From an uncultured Candidatus Bathyarchaeia archaeon (GTDB lineage: Archaea; Thermoproteota; Bathyarchaeia; 40CM-2-53-6): DNA of 35,537 nucleotides. Below, piece by piece: positions 26,972 to 35,537 of this stretch. Below the pieces are notes generated by a model. It ran no database searches and was not told the origin of the DNA. It worked only from the letters and a program-made list of their open reading frames with translations. Where the stretch lies: assembly GCA_964353625.1 (NCBI GenBank), contig CAYGWT010000227.1, forward strand, positions 1-35,537, given 5' to 3'. The position numbers were made by a program, and so were the translations under genes. Each line of letters starts with the position of its first letter. The stretch's first letter is position 1.

Positions 26972-27220
26972 ATGACCTCCACTATCGAAACCGAAGCACC
27001 AAGAATCGTGATCGTGGAGGATCTCTGCAAAGGGTGCGGGATCTGTGTTGAGTTCTGCCCAGTGAAGATACTCAAGATGAGCAGTCAAATGACAAAGAAG
27101 GGCATCTATCCGCCGGAGGTCATCGACGCAGCTAGGTGTGCCGGTTGTCGGATATGTCAATACTATTGTCCGGACCTGGCAATATTCGTCATCGGGAGGT
27201 CTGGGTCTTCGCGCTCATGA
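26972..27220 (+). CDS. korD: 2-oxoacid:ferredoxin oxidoreductase delta subunit (2x[4Fe-4S])
   Basis: CKGCGICVEFCP and CAGCRICQYYCPDLAI. Confidence 0.92.
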   Translation: MTSTIETEAPRIVIVEDLCKGCGICVEFCPVKILKMSSQMTKKGIYPPEVIDAARCAGCRICQYYCPDLAIFVIGRSGSSRS

Positions 27221-28353
27221 ACCCTGGCACGTACTTCATGCAAGGAAACGAAGCTTGCGCCTTAGCCGCGGTTGCTGCGGGTTGTCGATTCTTTGCCTTC
27301 TATCCGATTACTCCAGCTGGTGAGATTGCAGAGAAGATGTCTCAGCTTCTTCCACGAACTCGTGGCGTTTACATTCAGATGGAAGATGAGATTGCGGCAA
27401 TCGGAAGCGTGATCGGGGCTTCATGGACGGGCCTCAAGGCGATGACGGCAACTTCCGGTCCAGGCTTCAGTCTCATGCAGGAGAATATCGGATATGCGGT
27501 TATGACTGAGACCCCCTGTGTGGTTGTCGACGTTATGCGAGCAGGACCAAGCACCGGGATCGTGTCGGCCCCTATGCAAGGTGACGTTTTGCAAGCGAGA
27601 CGCGGCAGCCATGGAGAGTATGAGATTATCGCTCTCGCTCCTTACTCGGCTCAAGAGATGTTTGACCTGACAATACGTGCATTCAACTTGGCCGAGCAGT
27701 ATAGGACGCCGGTGATCGTGCTTGCCGACGAAACCGTGGCTCACATGCGTGAAGAAGTCATGATCCCTGAGGAGAGCTCTCTCGAGATCGCCAACAGAAA
27801 AATACCCTCAACCGTAGAGGAAGCCGCTCACGGTTTTCTCGATCCCTCAGTTGCTCCCATGCCGGTTCTTGGCAAAGGGTTCGCTGCTCACGTAACTGGC
27901 TCGTCGCATGACGAATTCGGCATGCGTCAGGCAAGCGAGCCTGAAGCGATTGATAGGATCGTGCGAACGATTCACCACAAGATAGTGTCTCGCACGGACC
28001 AGATCTCGGGAACTGAGAGAATGATGCTGGAAGACGCCGAGGTTGCACTTGTTGCGTACGGAAGCTGTGCAAGGACGGCTGAATATGTCGTGAAACAAGC
28101 GCGTAAGGAGGGAATTAGGGTTGGACTGCTAAGGCCTATTGGACTATGGCCTTTTCCGGCCAGACAAATGAAGGAAGCGCTCAATTCCGTCAAACGAGTC
28201 ATTGTACTGGAGAACAACCTAGGCCAACTCTTCCCCGAGATCGAGAGAGTGGTTCCAGAGGGCGCAACAACATCATTCCTCCCTCCGGAAACGCTCGCAA
28301 CCTTGCACAAACCCGACTATGTGCTGAAGCATGTAATGGGAGAGGCACTCTGA
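27217..28353 (+). CDS. korA: 2-oxoacid:ferredoxin oxidoreductase alpha subunit
   Basis: MQGNEA, YPITPA, QMEDEI, ATSGPGFSLMQE, RAGPSTG. ATG 27217 overlaps the korD stop. Substrate specificity cannot be determined. Confidence 0.93.
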   Translation: MNPGTYFMQGNEACALAAVAAGCRFFAFYPITPAGEIAEKMSQLLPRTRGVYIQMEDEIAAIGSVIGASWTGLKAMTATSGPGFSLMQENIGYAVMTETPCVVVDVMRAGPSTGIVSAPMQGDVLQARRGSHGEYEIIALAPYSAQEMFDLTIRAFNLAEQYRTPVIVLADETVAHMREEVMIPEESSLEIANRKIPSTVEEAAHGFLDPSVAPMPVLGKGFAAHVTGSSHDEFGMRQASEPEAIDRIVRTIHHKIVSRTDQISGTERMMLEDAEVALVAYGSCARTAEYVVKQARKEGIRVGLLRPIGLWPFPARQMKEALNSVKRVIVLENNLGQLFPEIERVVPEGATTSFLPPETLATLHKPDYVLKHVMGEAL

Positions 28354-28355
28354 GT

Positions 28356-29192
28356 TTGGCTAACGAGAAGACCCATCCCCTCTCGAAATATATACGGAAA
28401 GGCGCACAAACACACACCCACTGCCCGGGATGCGGGAATGGGATCATTGCACAGTCATTTCTGAGGGCGATCGACAAAGCCGGCATCTCAAAGGAGAAGA
28501 TCGTTTGTGTCGCAGGGATTGGATGTAGCGGCTGGATACCCAGTCCCTTTTTCGATATCGATACACTGCACGTGACTCATGGACGCCCGATCGCATTCGC
28601 TACTGGAGTGAAACTTGGCAATCCGGAGCTCGAAGTAGTGGTCTTCACAGGTGACGGAGACGCCTCCGCAATCGGAGGCAATCATCTCATACACGCGGCT
28701 CGAAGAAATATCGGCGTCAAAGTGATCTGCGTCAACAACATGATTTATGGAATGACGGGCGGAGAAGTGGCGCCTACCACCCCGCGTGGAATGAAGACAA
28801 CAACAACTCCGTTTGGAAACTTGGAGAGGCCATTCGACCTGTCGAAACTGGTCATAGCAGCGGGAGGCACCTATGTCGCCAGATGGACAACATACCATAT
28901 CGCAAGTCTGGTCGCATCAATGAAGAAAGCGTTGACCCGGAACGGCTTTGCCTTCCTTGAAGTCCTATCCCAGTGCCCCGTCCACTTTGGCCGCAGAATA
29001 GGGATCACAGATCCTGTCGAGATGATGCGATGGTTCCAGAGACAGTCCGTCACTATCGAGATGGCACAGGGAATGAAGGAACAGGAACTGTCGGACAAGT
29101 TCGTTGTAGGTGAATTCCAAGACGTCGAGGCGCCAGAGCTGACCCGACTCTATGCAGAACTATTCGAGGCTGCCAGTCGTGACTCGAACTGA
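28356..29192 (+). CDS. korB: 2-oxoacid:ferredoxin oxidoreductase beta subunit (TPP-binding)
   Basis: CPGCG, GIGCS, HGR, GDGD...NN, YGMTGG, SQCP. TTG 28356 is preferred over the track start 28146. Confidence 0.93.
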   Translation: MANEKTHPLSKYIRKGAQTHTHCPGCGNGIIAQSFLRAIDKAGISKEKIVCVAGIGCSGWIPSPFFDIDTLHVTHGRPIAFATGVKLGNPELEVVVFTGDGDASAIGGNHLIHAARRNIGVKVICVNNMIYGMTGGEVAPTTPRGMKTTTTPFGNLERPFDLSKLVIAAGGTYVARWTTYHIASLVASMKKALTRNGFAFLEVLSQCPVHFGRRIGITDPVEMMRWFQRQSVTIEMAQGMKEQELSDKFVVGEFQDVEAPELTRLYAELFEAASRDSN

Positions 29193-29736
29193 GATCAGAA
29201 TCGCAGGCTTCGGTGGCCAAGGCATAATCCTGGCCGGAATCGTCCTAGGCCAAGCCGCAATTCACGAGGGCAAGAAAGCGGTTCAGACGCAATCCTATGG
29301 TGCTGAAACGAGAGGAGGTGCGGCCCTTTCGGAAGTTGTCATCTCTAATGAGAGGATTGACTATCCAAAAGTGATTTCGGCAGATATCGCCATCACTATG
29401 TCTCAGGAATCGTTCGAGAAATACGGGAGTGATACCAAGATAGGAGGCGCCTTGTTCGTCGACGCGGACCTCGTGACTAGCATCTCAGCTGCAAATAGAG
29501 CAGCAATCTACCGTGTTCCCGCGACAAAACTGGCCGCTGAAGAACTCAAGAAAACGCTGGTTGCCAACATGGTCATGCTAGGCGCGGTCACTGCAGCTAC
29601 GAAATGCGTGGAACTCGACAGCCTCAGAATGAGTCTTAGAGAAGTCGCGCCGAAGGCATCCGTTGACCTGAATACTCGGGCCTTGGAACGTGGGTTTGAG
29701 TGGGCGAGGACGAATCTCATAACTCAGTCGACATAG
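29179..29736 (+). CDS. korC: 2-oxoacid:ferredoxin oxidoreductase gamma subunit
   Basis: AGFGGQG, QTQSYGAETRGG, ANMVMLGA. Ends flush against the convergent etfA stop. Confidence 0.93.
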   Translation: MTRTEIRIAGFGGQGIILAGIVLGQAAIHEGKKAVQTQSYGAETRGGAALSEVVISNERIDYPKVISADIAITMSQESFEKYGSDTKIGGALFVDADLVTSISAANRAAIYRVPATKLAAEELKKTLVANMVMLGAVTAATKCVELDSLRMSLREVAPKASVDLNTRALERGFEWARTNLITQST

Positions 29737-30696
29737 TCAGGATTCAAGGGATTTGATTCTCTGGATGAGCTTGGGGACGACTTGATAGAGATCACCTACC
29801 ACTCCGTAATCTGCGATCTTGAAGATTGGGGCCTCCCTATCCTTATTGATCGCAACGATCAGTTTTGAACCCATTATCCCCACAGTGTGCTGGATCTGCC
29901 CTGAGACTCCAATCGAGACATTGAGTTTAGGCTTGCATCTCTTGCCGCTGATCCCGACCATTCTATCATCAGAGATCCAGTGATAATCTGATGACAACGC
30001 TCTTGTGCATCCCAGCTCTCCCCTCATCAGTGAGGAAAGCTCTTTCATCATTGCTAGATCTTCCTTGTTCACGATGCCCTTTCCCACGCAGATCAAGGTC
30101 TCCGCCGATTCTATGTTGGCTGATTCCCCAAGCTTCTTCTTACGTTCAACCAACTGCACACGCTGAGGCGGGATCTTAACATCCATCTTCTGAGCTATCC
30201 CTTGCGCGGCCCCTTTCTGAGCCTCGAAGGTTCTAGGCGTGATCGAGACGACTTTCTTCTTGCTCTTGATGATCTCCGATGATACTGTGTTGCCTCCGAG
30301 AGCGTATCTATCAACAACTAGGTCTTGGGCTTTCAAAGTCAGACTTATCGCATCCGTTATGCAACCAGCTTGGAGCTTCTGTGCCACGCGTCCCGCAGTC
30401 TCCTTGCCTAGACGGGTAGATCTGATCAAGAGCACGTCCGGACCGTTTTCTTTGGTGATCTCATGTAGTACATTTGCATAGGTCTCCGCATCGAGGGTTC
30501 CAAGGCTGATACTGGGAATCAGGAGGGTCTTCTGTGCGCCGTACTCGAAATAGGATTGGACAATTCTATCGTCTCTATCTCCTAGGATCACTGCAGAGAG
30601 TTCCCAGTCGAGCTGTTTGGAGATTTCGCGAGCTTTTGTGAGAAGCTCGTAAGCGCCTTCGTCTGTCTCCGAAGATACGAGGATTCCAGATTTCAC
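29737..30696 (-). CDS. etfA: Electron transfer flavoprotein alpha subunit (FixB)
   Basis: GCTRA, VGISG, GVSGQIQHTVG, AINKDREAPIF, DYGVVGDL. Confidence 0.95.
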   Translation of the reverse strand: MKSGILVSSETDEGAYELLTKAREISKQLDWELSAVILGDRDDRIVQSYFEYGAQKTLLIPSISLGTLDAETYANVLHEITKENGPDVLLIRSTRLGKETAGRVAQKLQAGCITDAISLTLKAQDLVVDRYALGGNTVSSEIIKSKKKVVSITPRTFEAQKGAAQGIAQKMDVKIPPQRVQLVERKKKLGESANIESAETLICVGKGIVNKEDLAMMKELSSLMRGELGCTRALSSDYHWISDDRMVGISGKRCKPKLNVSIGVSGQIQHTVGIMGSKLIVAINKDREAPIFKIADYGVVGDLYQVVPKLIQRIKSLES

Positions 30697-31478
30697 TGCA
30701 GCGCTCCCTCCTTGCGAAGGGTGTCCACCAGCTTTCCAACAGCCTCGTCCATGTCGCCCTCGAAGATCACACCTTTTCGCTCCTGTTGCGGTGCCAAGTT
30801 GCTAACGACCTGGATCGCGGAAGCGGCTAAGCCGACTCTGCTTGAGTCGATTTCGAGATCTTTCAGAGTCCAAGACTTCAACGGCTTACGAGACGCGCGC
30901 AGAATCTGCGCCAGCGGTGCACGTCGTGGCTTGTTGATCTCACTGGTGACCGAGATCACCAGGGGCATCTGGGCCTTCACCACTTCGAGCGTTGCTTCGA
31001 TATCTCGTATGGCAGTGATCGCATTGCCTTCGATTGAGAGCTCTCTCACATACGTTATCTGCGGAAGGTTCAGTATCTCTGCGATTCTTGATCCAATCTG
31101 GCCGGAGTAGTTGTCCGCCGAACCTTCACCGACAAACACCAAGTCAAATGGGCTGAGCTTCTGAATCGCCTTGGCAAGCGTCAACGCTGACGCACCCGCG
31201 TCCGAGCCTTCACAGGCTGGGTCAACTACGATGCAGCCCTCATCTGCACCCATGGCTAGTGCTTCTAGGATCGTGTCCTTGAGTTTGGCCGAGCCGACTG
31301 ATAGTGCGGTAACCTTTGCTCCGTGCTTCTCCTTAATTCTGATAGCTTCCTCGAGTGCATTCTTTTCCATGTCGCCGAAGAGAACAGGTAGGCCTTCGAG
31401 GACAGGCTCTCGGGTGTCTCGTTTGATTCTGATCTGCTGAAGGTCAACTACCTGCTTCATGCACGTTATGATGTGCAA
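30693..31478 (-). CDS. etfB: Electron transfer flavoprotein beta subunit (FixA)
   Basis: CMKQVVD, ALEEAIRIKE, ALAMGAD, GEGSADNYSGQ, INKPR. TTG 31478 is preferred; TATA-like TTATA at ~31512-31516. Confidence 0.95.
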   Translation of the reverse strand: MHIITCMKQVVDLQQIRIKRDTREPVLEGLPVLFGDMEKNALEEAIRIKEKHGAKVTALSVGSAKLKDTILEALAMGADEGCIVVDPACEGSDAGASALTLAKAIQKLSPFDLVFVGEGSADNYSGQIGSRIAEILNLPQITYVRELSIEGNAITAIRDIEATLEVVKAQMPLVISVTSEINKPRRAPLAQILRASRKPLKSWTLKDLEIDSSRVGLAASAIQVVSNLAPQQERKGVIFEGDMDEAVGKLVDTLRKEGALQ

Positions 31479-31821
31479 TTGACTTCGTCGGTGCACATGG
31501 GTTGTGGGCGCTATAAGATCTGCTTAGCCACATCAGTGAGAGAGTCTCATTTCTCTCTCTCGATTCTTCATTGCTGTCATGAGCAACTGAATGCGAGATA
31601 GTAGCGGTATTGGTGGTAGGCCGGAGGTGAAACCGACGAGTACCGTGGTTGCTCATCTTGGGGGATAATCTTGTTTAGGTCTGCCCGTGTGCTTCTATTC
31701 TCATATCGACTATGCATGATATTCATGATGTTATGGCGGGATCATCGGACTTCTATCAAGCTCCTTAGGTTAGTGCTGTGGTGCGCTCAGCAGCTCTAGC
31801 TATAACATGCAGACGCCTGAA

Positions 31822-32646
31822 CTAGGTGAGTCTAGAGTGCCCTTGCTTTCGCCAAAGAGTTCCGAGAATCAGGCATCTTCTCGGATGCATCTTCAAACTG
31901 GTGGAGCCCCGCCCACGGAGAGTCGCTCTCGTCATGCGGATTAGGGCAGCGGGTGTCGATTCTGCGCCCTCTCCCATCACAGCATGAGCGGACGAGGCAA
32001 GATCGTCCGCTAGATTCTGCCGTGTAATTCTGATCACTCTGCCTGACAAGTCTTTCAAGCCCCGATAGTCTAGGACGCCCGGCGAGCCTGCAATAGCTAG
32101 AGCAAATCCGGATGTGCCTAAACGAAGTGGCGTGACGTGGCTGTCTACGATAATGACCGACAATTCCTTGCGGAATGCTAGTGCAAGTCCATCACGAAGA
32201 TTTCTCGCTGAGCGCTCAGGGTCCTCGGGCCACAGAACCACATGATCCTTGGGCGCGTTCTTTTCGTCTACTCCTGCATTCGCGGCCAATATCCCGCACT
32301 TGACCGTGAGTAAAGTTCCTTTCACTCCGCCGAGGACTTGGTCTGCTTCGTTGAGAACTACTTGAACCAGCTTTGGATTCATCATGAGTCGTCGAGCAAG
32401 ACGACGCGCTGAAGCTGACGGTTCCACGCTGGAAACTCTCGCCAATCGCCCTTCAGAAATCGAAACAATCTTGCTTGAGACGGCGACGATATCGCCTCGT
32501 TTGACGCGGAGGCCCATCTTTCTAACTGCGCTTACGATTCTCGCTGACAGATCTTCACTTGCGACTATTCTCACAAGAGAGAGGGGAATCACTGTCAGCA
32601 TGCGAATAGACTGGCCGCTCATATCCTGCCATCCCGCTAATGCCAT
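31822..32646 (-). CDS. cofE: Coenzyme F420-0:gamma-glutamyl ligase family
   Basis: SSKIVSISEG, ANAGVDEKN, IVDSHVTPLRLG, DYRG..DL.GR, ADDLAS, MGEGAESTP. Confidence 0.92.
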   Translation of the reverse strand: MALAGWQDMSGQSIRMLTVIPLSLVRIVASEDLSARIVSAVRKMGLRVKRGDIVAVSSKIVSISEGRLARVSSVEPSASARRLARRLMMNPKLVQVVLNEADQVLGGVKGTLLTVKCGILAANAGVDEKNAPKDHVVLWPEDPERSARNLRDGLALAFRKELSVIIVDSHVTPLRLGTSGFALAIAGSPGVLDYRGLKDLSGRVIRITRQNLADDLASSAHAVMGEGAESTPAALIRMTRATLRGRGSTSLKMHPRRCLILGTLWRKQGHSRLT

Positions 32647-32868
32647 GCAGTCGTTCGCTTAAGAATCGGTCCGACCTGCCATTCCATGGATCACGATGAA
32701 TACCCTCTATACGCACCTCTCTGTATCTCAATGGGCGAACGGAAGCCAGTGTACAAGTCTGGCGCCGGGAGTGAGCGCTGTGCTACAGTTCAAGCGCTCT
32801 TCCGATGCGGCCCTAATTTTGAGACCGGATGCTGTACGGTGGAAGCTCTCAACATCATTTCTTGCATT

Positions 32869-33219
32869 CTATGGCAAAGCCAATACCAGTTGTGGGCGCC
32901 CTTTGTTCCGTGCCCATGCATTGTAGGCAATTACATGTGCCCGGAGCCATTGAGGATAGACGCCGGATAGATTGGCTTGGCAAAAGTCGAGTGTCCACTG
33001 AACTCTATGGTGACATGTCTGACAGGGTGCAGCTAGATTCCAGGGTAGGAGATTCCATTTGTCACCGTCAAGATGGTGGACTGTGAGGAGGTTCGGTGGA
33101 GATCCATTCTTGACTCCGCAGAGTTCACAACACCAGCCGGCTCGTCCCCTTACCCCTCTTGACATTCTACTCCATCGCAGTGGATACTCTGTTTGGCGTT
33201 TAGGTTCCGCATCGTTCAC
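32869..33219 (-). CDS. Zn-binding HNH endonuclease
   Basis: YPLRW...CELCG...LTVHHLDGDKWN...NLAAPCQTCH. GTG 33219 is preferred because the upstream part of the track ORF overlaps another micro-ORF. Confidence 0.88.
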   Translation of the reverse strand: MNDAEPKRQTEYPLRWSRMSRGVRGRAGWCCELCGVKNGSPPNLLTVHHLDGDKWNLLPWNLAAPCQTCHHRVQWTLDFCQANLSGVYPQWLRAHVIAYNAWARNKGRPQLVLALP

Positions 33220-33298
33220 AGGCTCCACACCTGAAGCAGCGACCGTCAACGAGCTCTTTTCCACAACATATGCAGGCTTCGTTTGGAGATTCAGTCAA
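33200..33298 (-). CDS. Cys-rich microprotein, 32 aa with three CxxCG units, not in the ORF track
   Basis: MTESPNEACICCGKELVDGRCFRCGACERCGT. SD-like GAGGTGA lies 5 nt before the TTG. Confidence 0.7.
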   Translation of the reverse strand: MTESPNEACICCGKELVDGRCFRCGACERCGT

Positions 33299-33303
33299 TT
33301 CAT

Positions 33304-33450
33304 TCACCTCACAGCTTCGAGGGGAAGTTCGATGCGTGTCATGACTTTTCCACAGACATCACAACGGTAGACCGTCTCGTCGCTATCATTGAATTTCATT
33401 AGGAGGGTCGGCAATGAGTGTGGACAGGTCTTCTAGTCAATCCAAGGCAC
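33304..33450 (-). pseudogene. Zn-finger micro-ORF with in-frame TAG at codon 6, or a 31-aa ORF from ATG 33399
   Basis: MPWID*KTCPHSLPTLLMKFNDSDETVYRCDVCGKVMTRIELPLEAVR gives CxH...CxxC. TATA-like TTTATG on the minus strand at ~33487-33492. Confidence 0.5.
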
Positions 33451-33583
33451 CTGTGGATAATCTCTCAGTCGTTTCGTTCTCCGCATCATAAATGAAAACA
33501 AAAGGATTTCACGAATATGAGCCGAAGAGATGACTGGCAAAGCAGACTCTCTAGTGAAACAGATCAGAAGGAATAGATCATCC

Positions 33584-33841
33584 TCACTCTGGTCTTTTCT
33601 TGACGTGTTTCTCAAGTTCCATGAGTCTCTTGTGCTGCGCGAAGATCATCGACATGAGCAACGGGATTTCCTTGACGGGGTAGGCGAGAACTCCAGCTGC
33701 TGAAACGTAGAGTCTGCATTGTGCAACTAGGTCATCGAATACGTTGCGTTCTTCTGGTCTGAGAAACTGCTTGAACCTAGCCAATCTTGTGAGTTCTTCG
33801 TTGAGGACGATTCGCCATGAAGGTATCGTTCTCCCCATCAA
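33584..33841 (-). CDS. Small conserved archaeal helical protein resembling the PolB2-operon partner (arCOG07300-like)
   Basis: MGRTIPSWR...FKQFLRPEERNVFDDL...LLMSMIF matches my recollection of that family. No search was run. Confidence 0.7.
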   Translation of the reverse strand: MMGRTIPSWRIVLNEELTRLARFKQFLRPEERNVFDDLVAQCRLYVSAAGVLAYPVKEIPLLMSMIFAQHKRLMELEKHVKKRPE

Positions 33842-34035
33842 CTATCACGCTACTCGCAAAAAGCGACTTGGGGGATAAGATATCAGAGGAACAATGCGGC
33901 GAGAGGGAAGTCCGAAACTACTCTAACGATGTCGGTTTAGCTTTCAGGATGTGAACGATTGCATCAGCGTTCTTACGTAACTTGCTAGGCTGGACTCCTC
34001 GGCTCTGGCACCTTCAACCGGGTCTCCTTGCGTGT

Positions 34036-34365
34036 CTATTCTCTCATGAAACGCCCAAGCTTCTCAGCTTCCTTGATAGCCGAGTGCGTTATCGCAACGC
34101 TGAAAGTCCAAGTTGTCTGACTTGCATTGTACCATCTGCCTTTCACTCGTCTTCTGTACGCAAAGCGGATGTGTTTTTGTTCGGTGTCATTGAATTTGAT
34201 TAGTTCAATTGTCGTTGCGTAGGATACGGGTTTCCACGGATGAATCACCGTGTGGGTAGCGGCTATCACGGTGCCTTTCTTTGGAGGTCGCTCACCCTTC
34301 GGATACTTGAAGGTGACCTCGCAAGGTGGGTCTTTGAAAGGTGACCTAGTTCCCTTTCTCTTCAT
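34036..34365 (-). CDS. Basic hypothetical protein
   Basis: 109-aa ORF with beta-strand-like segments then a helix (HIRFAYRRRVKGRWYNASQTTW). TATA-like TTTTAT lies about 25-30 nt upstream of the ATG. Confidence 0.7.
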   Translation of the reverse strand: MKRKGTRSPFKDPPCEVTFKYPKGERPPKKGTVIAATHTVIHPWKPVSYATTIELIKFNDTEQKHIRFAYRRRVKGRWYNASQTTWTFSVAITHSAIKEAEKLGRFMRE

Positions 34366-34530
34366 GAGTTGAAGTTGTACTTTGGATGGATAAAAGCCCC
34401 TGCCAAAGTTACCAGAACCGGGTACCTCACCTGCGTATCTAGAATCACTTCTGGAACGGGCGAGAACTCTCAGATGACTAGGCTTAGCGTACCTCGCAAA
34501 AGGTACAAGGTTTTCGATGATTTTCTCGTT

Positions 34531-34806
34531 TCAGCTGAATCGGTATTGTACTCCAAATCCTGCTTTTGGATAGTGCCAGCTGAGTGCTTCTTCGATACAT
34601 GCGAGAACGCATGCGCCGCATTCTAAGCATCCGTCAGGATTTGGAAGTACATCCCCATTTTGATCAAGCGAGTACACCTTTGCGGGGCAGACGAAGAGGC
34701 AGTACTTCGGCTTACACTTCACGCGGCAGATCTCTTGGTTAATTCTGATATGTCCTTCTTTGTCAACTTTGAACACATCGCGCCCAAGTTTCTCCTCTAC
34801 CTTCAT
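34531..34806 (-). CDS. fixX: Ferredoxin-like FixX
   Basis: CLFVCPA, GCLECGAC, WHYPKAGFGVQYRF. Confidence 0.93.
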   Translation of the reverse strand: MKVEEKLGRDVFKVDKEGHIRINQEICRVKCKPKYCLFVCPAKVYSLDQNGDVLPNPDGCLECGACVLACIEEALSWHYPKAGFGVQYRFS

Positions 34807-34818
34807 GATTCTACGCCT

Positions 34819-35537
34819 CTATATCTTGAGCAGATCAAACGCGTCCTTCAACGTTGACAATTTGAGGAAATGTTTTCTGATTTGCCTTATTGCAGTCGAT
34901 GAGAGTTTTTGCTTGGGCTCAGGGCCGATATACATCAGATCTGTGAGCATAGTGCTTATCGCACGGGGATACTTGTCAAACAGTCGCGGGTTGTTGAGCA
35001 CCTTCCAGATGTCTCTGAAAGTGTGAAGGTCTTTCATCACAAACGAGTTTTCGAGCATCGTCTCATACTCTGCAAGCGAGGCCGCGGAATAGTTCTCGCG
35101 TTTCTTCGCCGCTTTGACAGTTTCAGCTGCCATTACGCCTGACGCGATGGCCAGATCCATTCCTCTCACAATAATTCCCATGTTGAGCGCGAATCCCGCC
35201 GCATCTCCGACAAGTAGAATTCCGTCACTGTGCAAGGTGGGCACAGCCCTAATTCCCCCTTCAGGAATCGTGTGAGCGGAGTATTCAACCGTCTCTCCAC
35301 CTTCAATCAAAGCTGAAACTTCCGGACGCTGTTTGAACTCCTCCATCAGCTGGTATGTCTCAAGGTGTTGCAGATTCGTCATGAGTGGGCCGATCCCGAC
35401 CACGATTCCAATGGAGACGCTCTCTCGGTTAGTGTAGAGGAATCCGCCACCAGTCATACCTTTGGTTACGCTTCCAAAGTAAAGCTGCGCTGCGCCCTCA
35501 TCTCCATGAAGGTGGAATCTATCTTCGATGGTCCTCC
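34819..35537 (-). CDS. fixC: FixC-type FAD-dependent oxidoreductase, 5' end outside the window
   Basis: GGGFLYTNRESVSIG, EYSAHTIPEGG, VGDAAG, RGMDLAIASG. The frame stays open to the window edge. Confidence 0.94.
   Translation of the reverse strand, partial: RTIEDRFHLHGDEGAAQLYFGSVTKGMTGGGFLYTNRESVSIGIVVGIGPLMTNLQHLETYQLMEEFKQRPEVSALIEGGETVEYSAHTIPEGGIRAVPTLHSDGILLVGDAAGFALNMGIIVRGMDLAIASGVMAAETVKAAKKRENYSAASLAEYETMLENSFVMKDLHTFRDIWKVLNNPRLFDKYPRAISTMLTDLMYIGPEPKQKLSSTAIRQIRKHFLKLSTLKDAFDLLKI

Noticed and set aside
33452-33460. Perfect DnaA box TTATCCACA on the minus strand
   Set aside because: Single copy in an archaeal context with no origin features.
20742-33743. Composite transposon or provirus bounded by the two 128-bp repeats
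   Set aside because: The enclosed genes are core or metabolic, there is no recombinase, and the repeats are diverged coding sequence rather than att sites.
31657-33878. Exact 12-mer CTTGGGGGATAA at 31657 and 33867, with similar minus-strand TTATCC motifs at 33455 and 34388
   Set aside because: A 12-mer repeat is expected by chance at this scale and is explainable as a TATA-box variant.
33901-33915. GAGGGAAGTCCG resembling the RNase P P4 5' strand
   Set aside because: No matching 3' P4 element and too little space; it pairs locally instead.
1-35537. Genome-wide TAG recoding
   Set aside because: Conserved C-termini of asnS, pyrG, lig, aor and others end at TAG.
1-35537. The many 60-170 aa ORFs in the track that overlap recognised genes, and any CRISPR array, tRNA or rRNA
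   Set aside because: The overlapping ORFs are shadow frames without motifs. No regularly spaced repeats or canonical tRNA/rRNA signatures were seen.

Overview
Archaeal chromosomal window. The evidence is an ATP-dependent DNA ligase, RIO2 kinase, archaeal PEP carboxylase PpcA, a short archaeal PurA, TATA-like promoters and a PGF-CTERM-like surface protein. The gene set suggests Bathyarchaeia or a related TACK lineage (inference). Most of the window is housekeeping and anaerobic energy metabolism: purA, pyrG, asnS, a queD-folE-queC preQ0 operon, gdhA, ppcA, fprA, lig, a ubiquitin-like protein plus tungsten AOR, korDABC, etfAB/fixCX and cofE. No tRNA, rRNA, CRISPR array, integrase or transposase was recognised. 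The unexplained content is intergenic. (1) A densely structured ~280-nt candidate RNA (11823-12097) with long-range pairings overlaps the start of a Zn-ribbon microprotein. (2) An 83%-identical 128-bp duplication of a small PolB2-partner-like gene (20742-20869 vs 33616-33743) is followed in each copy by Cys-rich micro-ORFs missing from the ORF track, and one copy runs into an HNH nuclease. (3) A foldable leader precedes the preQ0 operon. (4) The ubiquitin-like protein has its GG end masked by YRK. (5) Several genes are broken: frameshifted queC and SDR, and three small amber-interrupted ORFs. All structure and homology calls were made by eye, without folding or search tools.
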